The notes under the pieces are model-generated. The model saw nothing but the letters and a program-made list of their open reading frames with translations. It searched no databases and was not told the origin of the DNA. From sequence record NC_048047.1: 64,000 nt of DNA; one strand, written 5' to 3'. Of the stretch, positions 9,956 to 20,839 are shown one piece after another. The translations under genes were made by a program, and so were the position numbers. Position 1 is the first letter of the stretch, and the number at the start of each line of letters is the position of its first letter.

Positions 9956-10390
9956 ATGGCCATCAACACCGCCGGCCTCGTCGGCAAGCTCAAGGAAGCC
10001 CTGGCCAGCGCGCCGAACCTGACCCTTTGGGCCAAGGAACGCGGCCTCTTCCACCAGAACGTTTCGGCCGCCGCGCGCGGCGACACCGTGCCGCAAGACA
10101 GCATCGCCAAGGCCCTGGGCTATCGGCGCGTCCACGTCCAAGCCTATCTGGCGCCCGGCGAGGCCCTGCCGCTTCTGCCGCCCGGCTGGGAGGAAGTGGT
10201 TCCGGGCTCGGCGACCCCGGTCGACTGGAAGCCGCGCGACAAGACCGCCGAGCCGGCTCATCGCCGCGTTGGCTCGCCTGAGCAAATGGCGCGCGCCCGC
10301 TCGCTTCGCCGGCAGGAAGACCCCGAGGCCGTGGCGGCGGTGCAGGAAGCCCTTGCCGACGCCAAGGCCAAGCTGCGAAAAACCGGTTGA
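9956..10390 (+). CDS. Cro/XRE-like helix-turn-helix DNA-binding protein
   Basis: SD GGAGG. The N-terminus NLTLWAKERGLFHQNVSAAARGDTVPQDSIAKALGY fits the small phage Cro-like HTH pattern. Confidence 0.55.
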   Translation: MAINTAGLVGKLKEALASAPNLTLWAKERGLFHQNVSAAARGDTVPQDSIAKALGYRRVHVQAYLAPGEALPLLPPGWEEVVPGSATPVDWKPRDKTAEPAHRRVGSPEQMARARSLRRQEDPEAVAAVQEALADAKAKLRKTG

Positions 10391-10441
10391 CAGCATAAGG
10401 CGGCTATGCGAGAAAGGCTCATCACTTTCTGGAGCAAGCCC

Positions 10442-12988
10442 ATGGCCGCCTTCCTGATCAACACCGATCTCAACGCCCTGGTCGAGGACATCGCCTATGA
10501 CGTCGAGATGGAAGACCGCGCCGCCGAGGAACTCGATGGCATGGACTTTGGCGACCGCTGCTATTACGGCGACCGCGCCTATCATGGCCAGCTTGAGCTT
10601 GCCCGGATCATCGAAGCGGCCACCGCCGCCCATCCCATCCTGTACGCCTAGCAGAGGAGGCGCCGCTTGACCCGTTACCGCACCGACTACAGCCAAGACG
10701 ACGGCAAGACCGTCATTATCGAGGAAGGCCTGACCCGGACCGAGGCCATGCAAAAGGCCGCGATCCTGTCGCGCAAGCACGGGACCGCCTACGCCGTCGC
10801 CTCCGACGACAAGGGCCGCGACACTGGCCAAAGGGTCTATGCTGACGGCCGGTTCAGCTACCAAGACGACAAGTTCTAAGGCAAGAGGCCCGGAGCGATC
10901 CGGGCCTCTTGTCTGTCCCGAGCCGCCCGTTAACCTTAACCCCCTGGGACGGGGCGTTAACCGAACAATCTGCAAGAAACCTGTTGACACGCATCTGAGG
11001 CCTATGCGAGAAAGGCTCATCGAACAACGGAGGACGTCATGTCCAAAACGTCTATTGATCCTGTGATCGCCCAAGCCCTCGCCGAACTGCGCCAAGGCCC
11101 GGTCATGGTCGATCATGGCCCCCAAGACCGCACCCAAGTCGTGAGCTTCGGCGCGACCCAAGCCCGGATGGCCAATGTCGCCCTCACGATCGAACAAGCC
11201 CTGTCGCAAAGCCCCGCGCCCTACGCCCTGGGCTGGTTGCTGGTCACTGAATATGACCGCCTGGGCGACAATTGGGGTGGCTTTCTGGGCGGCCCTCTCG
11301 ATGAGGGGCAAACCCTCAAGGACGCTGACGAGGTGCTGGCGTGGTTCCGCGCCACCTTCCCCGAGGACCCGGAAGGCTTTGCCGGGCAGATGGCCGGCGC
11401 CCTGCCCAATGACGAGACCCGCGCCAAGATCGAAGCCGGCTACGCCGAGGCCCTGGCCATCAAGGACACGGTCGCGCCCCTGGCCAATATCGGTTCGGCC
11501 GAGGCGGTCGCCGACATGATGTCCACCATGTTCGGCTCTGCTGTCAACGCTGCTCAGGCCCTGGGCTATCTCGTCACCACCCTGGGCGCGGGCCGCTTCG
11601 GCGTCACCCATGACGACGGCGCCACCCTGGCCACGCGCCTGGAAATCGACCACCCGACCCAAGAGGCCGCCGCCCGCGCCGCCCTGGTCTACCATGTCCA
11701 GCACCTGCAAGCCGACACCCTGGCGCTGGCCAATCTGAAGGACTGACCATGACCGCCGCCGCCTCTCTCTTCGAACAAGCCCAGATCGAAGCCGCGCAAG
11801 CCGCGATCGATCTCAACACCGCCAAGGTCGGGCTGGAAACCGAGGACTCCAGCCCTGGAACCGACCTCTTCCACCTGCTGGGCTCGCTGCTGACCTGGGC
11901 GGACGCCTGGGGCGTGGACTTCGACGACATCCTGTCTCAGGTCCGCGAGCCGGTGAACGTCACCACGACCCTGACCCGCAATGATCCGGCGACCTATGGC
12001 CAAGATCAGCGGTTCGCCGCCATCCTGGCCAATCTCGACCAGCGCAATACCCCTTCCGTGCCGGTCCTGACCCGTGATGAGGCCGAAACCGAGGCCATGC
12101 GCGATCTCGCCGCCGTGGTCGGCAAGGTGATCAAGGTCCACGACATCACCGGCTATTTCGGCGAGACGGGCCAAGAGGACTTGCGCCCCCATGAAGGCGC
12201 GCCGGCCTTTTCGGTGATCGTCCTGCCGTCTGAGCGCGGCGATGTCATCCACTGGAATGACGAGCATCTGGACGTGCGCTGGAACGTCACCCCCGCGCCG
12301 GGCGAAACCCGCCTCTATGAACTGCGCTCGCTGTGGGTGTTTGGGCGCGGCTACGTCGTCGAGAAGGAGGGCTAAGGCATGGCCATGCCCCTGGGCTTGC
12401 GGACCACCGCCACGAGCTACGCCATCGACGTGGATGATGACCAGTTCCTGGCCATGATCCAGGCCGAGAGCTACAAGGGCGGCGACTTCGAACCGACCCT
12501 GTTCGACAAGCTGCAAAAGACCGACGCCCGCGACATCGAGTATAACGGCCACTTCGGCGCGTCCGTCTATTTCACCCTCAACGAGGAGGACGACACGCCC
12601 GCCCTCCGCGCCGAACTCGCCCGGCTGATCGCCGAACACCTCACCCTCTGTGTCGCCCACATGGCGACCTACGACAAGGACGCGCCCGATGCTGACTGAG
12701 GCCTCCATTCGTCTCGCCCCGTCCGACCTGCAAACGACCTTCGTCGTGGTCGGCAAGGTGCATCTGCATTTCTTCCTGACCACCCTGGTGGGCTTTCGCT
12801 GTCCGCGCCTGGGCGCGGTGCGCAACCCCGAGGGCCACAACGCCGGCGCCCGCGCCAAGGCCCATCTCCAGGCCCTGGGCTACTACGCCGAGGGCACGGG
12901 TAAAACCGCCACCGAAGAAGACTTTCAGCGCCTCGCCATGGCCGCGCTCGCCGGCTCCAGTGGTCCTGACTATCTCCTGTTGAGATAA
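10442..12988 (+). other. Run of early hypothetical genes
   Basis: CDSs at 10442-10651, 10667-10879, 11039-11746, 11749-12375, 12379-12699 and 12689-12988; promoters at 10387 and 10984. Confidence 0.75.
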
Positions 12989-13104
12989 GACCGCCTCCCA
13001 CGTCTAGGGCTGTCACGAATCCCCCCATCTATGACAGCCCAGACGCCCGTTTAGTCTTCCCTGTACTCTATTGCGCCAGTATCGGCGCGGAAAGTGATGC
13101 GCCT

Positions 13105-13167
13105 ATGAAGCTCCTCGAAGGTGGCGGACTGCTGGCCCTGTGCTTCCTTTTCTGGCTCCTCCACTGA
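13105..13167 (+). CDS. 20-aa hydrophobic micropeptide MKLLEGGGLLALCFLFWLLH, copy 1
   Basis: The identical peptide is encoded at 16757-16819 despite 12 nucleotide differences, none of which changes the peptide. Confidence 0.8.
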   Translation: MKLLEGGGLLALCFLFWLLH

Positions 13168-13231
13168 CAAGGCTGTTGACAGCATAAAGGCACTATGCGA
13201 AAAGGGGTCATCGCCACCGGAGACACCCGCG

Positions 13232-13498
13232 ATGACCGAATATGACGACTACGGCCAAGACGCCTATTTCGACCACCTCCACGATCAGGCCGTCGATGAG
13301 GCTTTCGAGCGCCACGCCGACGACGCCTATGAGGACGACCTAGGCGACGAGGACCCCGACCTCGAAATCCCCGATGAGGAAGACGAGGAGGAGGGCCTTC
13401 GCCGGGCCGAAGGGCTCATGCCCTGGGCGACCCCCGAAGGCGTCGAGCCTGGGCAGTTCCCGCGCCGGGCCTATGACGACGACGAAATCCCGTTCTGA
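13232..13498 (+). CDS. Highly acidic 88-aa protein ending in an SSB-tail-like YDDDEIPF
   Basis: Promoter at 13176, SD GGAGA; 33 of 88 residues are D/E. Confidence 0.8.
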   Translation: MTEYDDYGQDAYFDHLHDQAVDEAFERHADDAYEDDLGDEDPDLEIPDEEDEEEGLRRAEGLMPWATPEGVEPGQFPRRAYDDDEIPF

Positions 13499-13704
13499 TC
13501 TCCTCCCTTCGAAAGGCCCCGCGCGGGCCTTTCTTTTTGCCCCGCGCCTGGGGTTAACCTTAAGGCGGCGTTAAGGTTAACCCGGACCATTTTTCGTCTT
13601 TTGTGTCGGGCCATTTTTCGCTTTTCGTGTCGAGGTGCAAGAAAGCTGTTGACAGCATAAAAGCCCTATGCGAGAAAGGCTCATCGCAACCAAGGAGCCC
13701 GACC

Positions 13705-15467
13705 ATGGGTCTCAAGATCGAAATCGACACCGGCAACGACGCCTTTCAGGGTGTGGCCGGCGAGCACTGCGCCAGCCTCCTGCATGAGGTGGCCCGCAAG
13801 CTCGACCAAGGCGCCCGCGCCGGCAATATCTACGACGGCAACGGCAACAAGGTCGGGACCTACGAACTCGACCACACCGACGCCCCGGAGTCGTAAGCCA
13901 TGGCCTATTTCGACGTCATCACCACGGTGCGCGTTGAGGTCGAGGACATCCCCGATCTCTTCGCCGCCGCCCTGGCGCGCGCGGTCAAGGACGGCATGGA
14001 AGAGGGCGACGCCCGCGACCTGCTGACCAACTCCGACCCCCTGGGCCGCCCCGACATCAAGTCGTGCCTGATCATGCTGTTTGATCCGGGCGTGAGCCCG
14101 GACGGCACGTCGATCAGCGGCACGGAAGTCCAGCGCCCCGACATGGACGAAGACGACGCCATGGACGCCTACGAGGACGCCCACGGCGAAGACGAGGAAG
14201 GCGACGGCGATGACGAGGACTAAGGGCAAGTCGCGCGTTCCCCAACGCCTGCTGATCGCCAGTCGGCCGACCCTGGTCGCCGGCCCCTCGCCAGCCACCC
14301 GCCGCCACTGGTGGGACCTTCTGGACAGCGCGGGCCACCCGCGCGACCTTGAGGCCCTGCTGGTCGTCACCATCGACCAAGACGCGGCCGAAACCGTCGT
14401 CGCGGTCCTGCCGCTCGCCGCCGCCGACTACAGCGAAGAAGCCGTCAAGGCTGACGCCCTGGTCGCCGCCCACACCCGCCCCCGCAGCCCTGGCAAGCGC
14501 GACGCGCTCAACGCCTATGTGCTGCATGTCAATGACCCCCATGCGGAGCATCAACCGTGAGCTATTCCGGCCCGATCACCATTTCGCAAGGCCTGCGCTG
14601 GCGCCTCGATAGCTACGGCAACGGCGCGGCCTATGCCTTCTATGACCTGTCGGCCGGCGCCAGCGTCTGGCTTGAAGGCGACGACGCCACCACGTTCCGC
14701 GACGACTACGACAACGCCGAAAAGCGCCGGCCGCAAGACGAGCCTGACGAGATTATGGGCCATCTGTGGCATGATCACGAATACGGCGCCGCCGCCAAGG
14801 TCCGGGCCGTCACCGTGCGCCGGATCATCCGCGAAGACACCGTGATCCTGTTGCGCCCCGGCGAGAGCGAGGCCGACGCCAAGGAACGGGCGATCTTCAA
14901 TCAATCCTCGCTCAAGTGGGACACCTACGATTGCGAGTATAGCGCCGACGCCGCCGAGGACGCCCCCGCCGAGGAATACGCCTATCTGCTGACCGGCCAC
15001 CCCTGCGCCATCTAAGCCAAGGCCCGCCCCTCCCTTCAGGCAAGGAAGGCGGCGGGCCTTGCCCTGGGCGATCGCGGTTAACCTTAACGTGCAAGAAATC
15101 TGTTGACACGCATTGAGGCCATATGCGAGAAAGGACCACCGCAACGGGAGAGACCCCCATGACTGCCCAAGCCGTTCTGACCGCCCGCCTTGACCGCGCC
15201 GTCGCCGTGATCTCTGGCGACATCCCCAAGAGCCGGCGCAAGGTGCGCAAGGCCCGCCGCGCCTTCCAGCGCGCCCTGGAAGGGATGGACATCCCGACCT
15301 ATGTGGCGTGGATCAACCACCCCGACTCGTTCATCGCCCTCACCGACGATGTCGAGCACTGGGCGCAAAGCGGGATCACCACCGCCGCCCAACTGGGCGC
15401 CTATCTCGACGGCTGCGCCCGCCATGAGGCCCGCAAGGACTTGATGAGCGGCTACCTCGACGACTAG
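13705..15467 (+). other. Run of early hypothetical genes
   Basis: CDSs at 13705-13896, 13900-14223 (acidic C-terminus), 14210-14560, 14557-15015 and 15159-15467. Confidence 0.7.
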
Positions 15468-15561
15468 GCGGCAAAAAGGCCCGTCCCCTGGTGGGGCGGG
15501 CCTTGTCCTGTCCGATCGGGATTAACCTTAACGCGAGATTAAGGTTAACGCAGCCTTAAGG

Positions 15562-15804
15562 TTAAGTGGCGTTCTTGCGCGTCGTGGCCTGGGGATTGGC
15601 CTTCAACCATGCGTCGGCTTCCGTCCGGGTCGAGAACGGCGCCCCGCCAATGCCCTGCGTCCCGTCGTCCCATTGGATGGTCCAACCCACGTTCTTGATT
15701 TCCCAATCTTCGGCCACGCCGTGGGGGATCGGGGCGTGTACGCCAATACGGGTAAACGGCGCCCGCTTCAGTTGACGGACACGCGCCGGGATCACTTGCG
15801 GCAT
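15562..15804 (-). CDS. Hypothetical protein, 80 aa; the only inverted gene in the early array
   Basis: Minus-strand SD AGGA; minus-strand TTTCTTGACAC at 15879-15889; the stop codon lies inside the TTAA palindrome arm. Confidence 0.6.
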   Translation of the reverse strand: MPQVIPARVRQLKRAPFTRIGVHAPIPHGVAEDWEIKNVGWTIQWDDGTQGIGGAPFSTRTEADAWLKANPQATTRKNAT

Positions 15805-15985
15805 TTCAGGGATTTCCTATTGACAAAGGCCTTGCCCCATGGGCGGCCCGAAAGGCGACTGTATCAAGCGGCGCCGCCGTGTCAAGAAACGCGACACAGA
15901 CTGAGAAAGCGGTTGACACGCATCTAAGCCCTATGCGAGAAAGATCAGGCACGGCGCACCCCCGCGCCCCTGGGAGACACCCCGC

Positions 15986-16756
15986 ATGGACCTGACCACG
16001 TTTTCGGCCTCGGCTGAATTTGTTCTCTGCAACAAGCCGGTGAAGATCACCGTCAAGCCCGCCGGCCGACCGCTCTACCTGTCGTTTTCCATCGAACAGA
16101 TCGGCATGATCGGCGGTAGCGACGAATTGATGAGCGAGGCCGAACAACACGACGTTGAGGACTTGGTGACGGTCTTGACCATCGCCGACGTCCTGTCCCT
16201 CAAGCCCATCGAGACCTATAACGACGAAGACCGCGACGCCGTCGAGAGCGTGCGCTATGCGCTGATCATGCTCAACGGCGAGCGCTACGCTTCGGCCGTC
16301 GCGTTCGAGGATGTCGGCGAGGCCGATTTTTCCAATCGCGACGACACCATTGACACCCGCCAAATCGTCGAGCGGGTCGAGGTGCTTCGGAGCGCCCTGG
16401 AGACGGCCGGCGTCGAGACCGGCGACCTCGCCGCCCTGGAAGCCCTCGACGAAGAAGAGGCCGTGACGGACCAAGACCAGCGCGAGACCTTCAACGAGAT
16501 TCGCGAGGAATATCTGATCCTGGCGCGCATGGTCGAGGAGGGCGCCAACTACGGCGAGGATTGGACGTTCGGCGCCACCCTGGTCCGCGAATCCTACTTC
16601 ACCGAGTTCGCGCAAGAAGAGTGCGAAAGCCTGGGCTACATCGCCAAGGACTTCCCGTCGTGGATTTCCATCGACTGGGAAAAGACCGCCAACACGATGA
16701 AATCCGACTATACCGAAATCGACTTTGACGGCGTGAGCTACTACGTTCGCGCCTAG
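15986..16756 (+). CDS. Acidic ArdA-like antirestriction (DNA mimic) protein
   Basis: The C-terminus FTEFAQEECESLGYI...ISIDWEKTANTMKSDYTEIDFDGVSYY matches the ArdA C-terminal pattern; the protein is very acidic. Confidence 0.6.
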   Translation: MDLTTFSASAEFVLCNKPVKITVKPAGRPLYLSFSIEQIGMIGGSDELMSEAEQHDVEDLVTVLTIADVLSLKPIETYNDEDRDAVESVRYALIMLNGERYASAVAFEDVGEADFSNRDDTIDTRQIVERVEVLRSALETAGVETGDLAALEALDEEEAVTDQDQRETFNEIREEYLILARMVEEGANYGEDWTFGATLVRESYFTEFAQEECESLGYIAKDFPSWISIDWEKTANTMKSDYTEIDFDGVSYYVRA

Positions 16757-16819
16757 GTGAAGCTCCTCGAAGGCGGCGGCCTGCTCGCGCTCTGCTTCCT
16801 CTTCTGGTTGCTTCATTAA
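16757..16819 (+). CDS. 20-aa hydrophobic micropeptide, copy 2 (GTG start)
   Basis: Abuts the TAG of the ArdA-like gene in frame; same peptide as 13105-13167. Confidence 0.75.
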   Translation: MKLLEGGGLLALCFLFWLLH

Positions 16820-17131
16820 CCCCGGCCGGCGTCCATGACCTGGGCGCCGGCCTTTTCTTTGCGCCGCGATCGGGGTTAACCTTAAGGCGGCGTTAAGGTT
16901 AACGGCGGGCCTGGGAGGAAAGGCGTCAAGGCCGCGAGCTAGGATTACACGCGATGGCTTAGCCGGCGTCCAGCCGGCGGCGCCTTCGACCACCGCGAGG
17001 CGGCCTTGACCCTCGTAATCTCGCCGACCCGTCGCCCGGTGTCAACCGTTTTCTTTCTCCAAGAATTCTGTTGACACGCATCGAAGCCCTATGCGAGAAA
17101 GGGTCATCTTCAACGCCTGGAAAGAAAATCC

Positions 17132-17788
17132 ATGCCCCGCACCGTCACCAAACAGGTCTTCACGTTCAAGGAGTTGAACGACAAGGCCAAGGCCAAGGCT
17201 ATCGAGTGGTATCGCGGCCTCAACGACCAAGACTCCGGTTGGTGGGAGTTCGTCTATGACGAAGCCGACCGCATCGCCGACGCCTTCGGGATCACCCTGC
17301 GCCGCAAGGAAGCCGGCAAGCCCAATAGCGGCCCGGACATCATGTTCACCGGCTTCTGGAGTCAAGGCGACGGCGCCTGTTTCCAAGGTCGCTACGAGTC
17401 GCCCCAAACCCCGGCCGTCGAAGCCTTCGCCGCCCTGGGAATCGAAGACGACACGCTCAAGGCTCTGGCCGCCCGTCTGGACGCTCTGAGCGCCAAGGTT
17501 CGCCTGATCACCACGGTCAAGCACTCTGGCCACTACTACCACGAGTATTGCACCGACTTCGAAACCGAACGCATGGTTCCCGACGAAGCCGGCGACGCCT
17601 TCGACCCTTACGACTTCGAGCACGAAGACGAAAAGGAACTGATCGACATTCTGCGCACCTTCATGAAGTGGATTTATCGCCAGCTTGAAGTCGTCGAGGA
17701 AGACCGCAATTCCGACGAAACGATCAGCGAATATCTGACCGACTCTGATTACGAGTTCGAGGCGGACGGCTCGCCGACCAACGACTAA
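17132..17788 (+). CDS. Conserved acidic early phage protein (VFTFKELNDKAKAKAIEWY...GFWSQGDGACF family)
   Basis: Promoter at 17071. I recognise this as a recurring phage hypothetical family; function unknown. Confidence 0.8.
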   Translation: MPRTVTKQVFTFKELNDKAKAKAIEWYRGLNDQDSGWWEFVYDEADRIADAFGITLRRKEAGKPNSGPDIMFTGFWSQGDGACFQGRYESPQTPAVEAFAALGIEDDTLKALAARLDALSAKVRLITTVKHSGHYYHEYCTDFETERMVPDEAGDAFDPYDFEHEDEKELIDILRTFMKWIYRQLEVVEEDRNSDETISEYLTDSDYEFEADGSPTND

Positions 17789-17960
17789 GCCAAGCCCGCC
17801 GCGCCCGGCCTTTTCGCCGGGCGCGTGTCGGGTTTTGGTTTTCCAAGGTCTTGTTAAGGTTAACGAAAAAAGCCCTCCAGCGACCTGAGAAACTGCAAGA
17901 AAAATGTTGACTGCATCCAAGCCCTATGCGAGAAAGGCTCATCGCAACGGGAGACACCCC

Positions 17961-19832
17961 ATGACGACCCCGACCAAGAAGCGCCGCAAGCGCTACCCGC
18001 CCAAGAGCGACGCGGCTAAGGCTCGCGCCGCCGCCAAGAGCAAGGCGTTCTTCGCCAAGCACGCGCTCAAGGCCACCGAGGCCACGATCGCCGCCATGAA
18101 GGCCGGCGACCAAAAGGCCGTCCAACGCCACGCCAAGGACGCCCGGCGCCTGAACCGCTGGATGATCCACAAGCGCGACATCGCCGCCGCCTTCGCGGCC
18201 CTTTTCGACCTGCGCGCCGCGCGCCTCGCCCTGGAGCTTGCCGCATGACCCGTCGCCCTGCCTATCTGACCGTCCTGGGCGGTATCGGCCTCATCCTCGC
18301 CAGCCTCGCGCTTTCGGCCGCCAGCGCCCCGGAAAAGCGGGTTCTCGTGGGTCAATACTGCGACGGCGACCTTGTGCGCCTCTACGGCCTGGAAGACGGC
18401 GAGGAAGCGGCCGAGGCCTGCGCCATCGTCGAAGTCCACGCCCTGCCCAAGGGCCTTTGACCATGGAACGCCTCAACGTTCACGTGCTGACCATCACCTA
18501 TGACAGCGGCAACCCCGTCCCGCCGTTTGTCGCTCTGGCCATGTCCAAGGAGGAGCTTGACGACAACCTGCAAGCCAAGGCGCGCGAGGAAGTCGAAAAC
18601 CTCTATTTCGAGGAAGACGACCTCTTTGACGACCTCGCCAAGGTCCTGACCGCCGAACGCGTCGCCGAGCTTCAGCCCCTGGGCCTGGACGCCATCGGCC
18701 TCCTGACCCCGGTCGAAGTCGTCACCATGGCCAAGCAATTTGCGTCGATCACGCCAAGCTTTGACGTGCTTCCGCTCTACCTCGAATCGACCCCGACCTG
18801 ACGCAAGAAAGCTGTTGACAGCATAATTCGCCTATGCGAGAAATGACTGTCAACGGCGATTCCCGCCGCATGGAGACACCCATGAAGCTGATCAAACACG
18901 ACGTTCTCGACCACGGCCGCGCCTCGACCCTGCGCAACGCCCTGGGCACGGCCCTGGAACGATACGCCGAAATCGCCAAGGACTTCGAAGGCTACGCCAT
19001 CGAATACGCGGCCCTGGACGAGGCGGGCAAGCAAGCCTGGAAGGCCACCAATAGCTGGATCAATCCGCGCGCCCTGCCGGACCTGAAAAAGCAATTCGAG
19101 CGCCAAGTCACCGAGGTGCAAGACCTCATCGACTGGCTGGACGGCGACAAATTCCAAGACGAAAACGGTCAATACCCGGAAAACACCGAGTTCACCGTCG
19201 TCGCCGGCCTGATCCGCGACTTCTAAACGCCCTGGCCAAGGCCCGCCCTCACGGCGGGCCTTTTCCTTGACCCCGCGCCGCTGTTAACCTTAACGTGCAA
19301 ACGTTCGCCGATTAACCTTAACGAGACATGTCCGTTCCGTTAACCCTGTCGTGCAAAAAAGCTGTTGACTCGCATCCAAGCCCTATGCGAGAAAAGGCCA
19401 TCAGCAACGGGAATGACCCCCATGACCAAACCCGAAATGACCCCGGAAGAACGTCGAGCCCAGCTTGACGACATGCTCAAAATCTGGCGCGAGCGCGTCG
19501 AGACCGCCAAGCAACGCCTGTCGATCAACGTCCTGGTCGGCCGAGGCTTCCTCTGCGTCCTGGAGCGCGAGCCCAGCGGCATGGCCATCGGCCCGACCGA
19601 GGATGACAAGGGCTGGCGCCTTGTGGCCATGAACCCCTGGTTCACCGGCTGCGTCAAATGGGCCAAGGCCGACGCCGAACAAGTCGCCGCGCACTGGAAC
19701 GCCAACCTCACCGGCGACGCGGCCCTCTACTGCGTGGTCAAGGTCATGCACTATCGCGCCGTCCTCGAAGAGATGGTCACCAAAGGCGAGGAGATGATCG
19801 CCTTCATGGAAGACCGCTATAAGGCCGCCTGA
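17961..19832 (+). other. Run of early hypothetical genes
   Basis: CDSs at 17961-18248 (basic), 18245-18460 (signal/TM N-terminus), 18463-18801, 18882-19226 and 19422-19832. Confidence 0.75.
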
Positions 19833-20020
19833 TCTTGACGCCCTCCGGCTCCGGCCGGAGGGTTAATTTTTGGTCGACCCGGCGTCAAGGTTAACGCGCT
19901 CCAGCCTGGGGTTAACCTTAACCCGCAACCGTTTGCACGTTAACCATTTGGCGCAAGAAACCTGTTGACACGCATTTCTGTCCTATGCGAAAAGAGGCCA
20001 TCCAATCAACGGAGGCCCGC

Positions 20021-20677
20021 ATGGCCAGCCCTGAAGATATCGCCATCGTCCAAGCCGCGCCGGTCAGTTTCGACCTCGAAGCGTGGGAGGAAGAAAACGG
20101 CCAATATGCCCAAGACCACTGGCGCCACCTCAACTACGCCTTTGAGATCAAGGGCTATAAGCACATGTTCACGCAAGATCAGCGCGCCGCCGCCGATCGC
20201 CTGATCGCCGAATATGAGGAAGCCCAAGACGACCACCGCGAAACCTACCGCGCCGAAAGCGACGCCGTTTTCTGGGCGGCCGACGCCTTCGCTCGCCAGT
20301 ACATCGGCACGGCGCTCTGGACGGGCGTTAGCTACCCCATGGGCGATGATCGCGGCGGAAGCGACAGCTACTATGACGGCGAATCGGCCTGGATCACGCC
20401 CAAGACCCTGCGCGAGATGATCGAAGATTGCGACGCCTTCCAGCGCGACAACGTCGCCGCCCTGGCCAAGGCCTATGCGTCTGACGTCTGGATCGAAGGC
20501 GAGCGCTACAACGCCAGCAACGCCGGTCACGATTTTTGGTTGACCCGCAACGGTCACGGCGTCGGCTTTTGGGATCGTGGCCTAGGCGAGGTCGGCGAGA
20601 CCCTTTCCGAAGCCGCCCGCAAGGTCGGAGAATACAGCCTAGCCCTTGACGACAACGGCGAAATCAGCCGCATGTAA
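20021..20677 (+). CDS. Conserved early phage protein with AGHDFWLTRNGHGVGFWDR motif
   Basis: Promoter at 19965, SD GGAGG; a recognisable recurring phage motif of unknown function. Confidence 0.8.
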   Translation: MASPEDIAIVQAAPVSFDLEAWEEENGQYAQDHWRHLNYAFEIKGYKHMFTQDQRAAADRLIAEYEEAQDDHRETYRAESDAVFWAADAFARQYIGTALWTGVSYPMGDDRGGSDSYYDGESAWITPKTLREMIEDCDAFQRDNVAALAKAYASDVWIEGERYNASNAGHDFWLTRNGHGVGFWDRGLGEVGETLSEAARKVGEYSLALDDNGEISRM

Positions 20678-20839
20678 CCCCGGCAAAGGCCCGCTTGACA
20701 GCGGGCCTTTTTCGTGCCTGCGCCTGGGGTTAACCTTAACGCCACCCCGCTCCGCCTTAACGCTCTTTTCTGCAAGAAAACAGTTGACTCGCATCCGCGC
20801 CCCATGCGAGAAAAGGTCATCAACCACGGAGCGCGGCAC

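Noticed and set aside
9926-11710. Long antisense ORFs (also 566-1225, 6185-7318, 8851-10110, 36555-38537, 39635-41452, 41843-43198, 45768-47135 and 61622-62956)
   Set aside because: Shadow frames opposite well-supported genes in high-GC DNA, with no SD or promoter and implausible composition.
15820-15845. Plus-strand TTGACAAAGG as an early promoter
   Set aside because: No GCAT-N9-ATGC, no GCGAGAA element, and it overlaps the SD region of the minus-strand gene.
20685-20713. TTGACAGC as a 25th early promoter
   Set aside because: It forms the loop of a terminator hairpin and lacks both the dyad and the -10 element.
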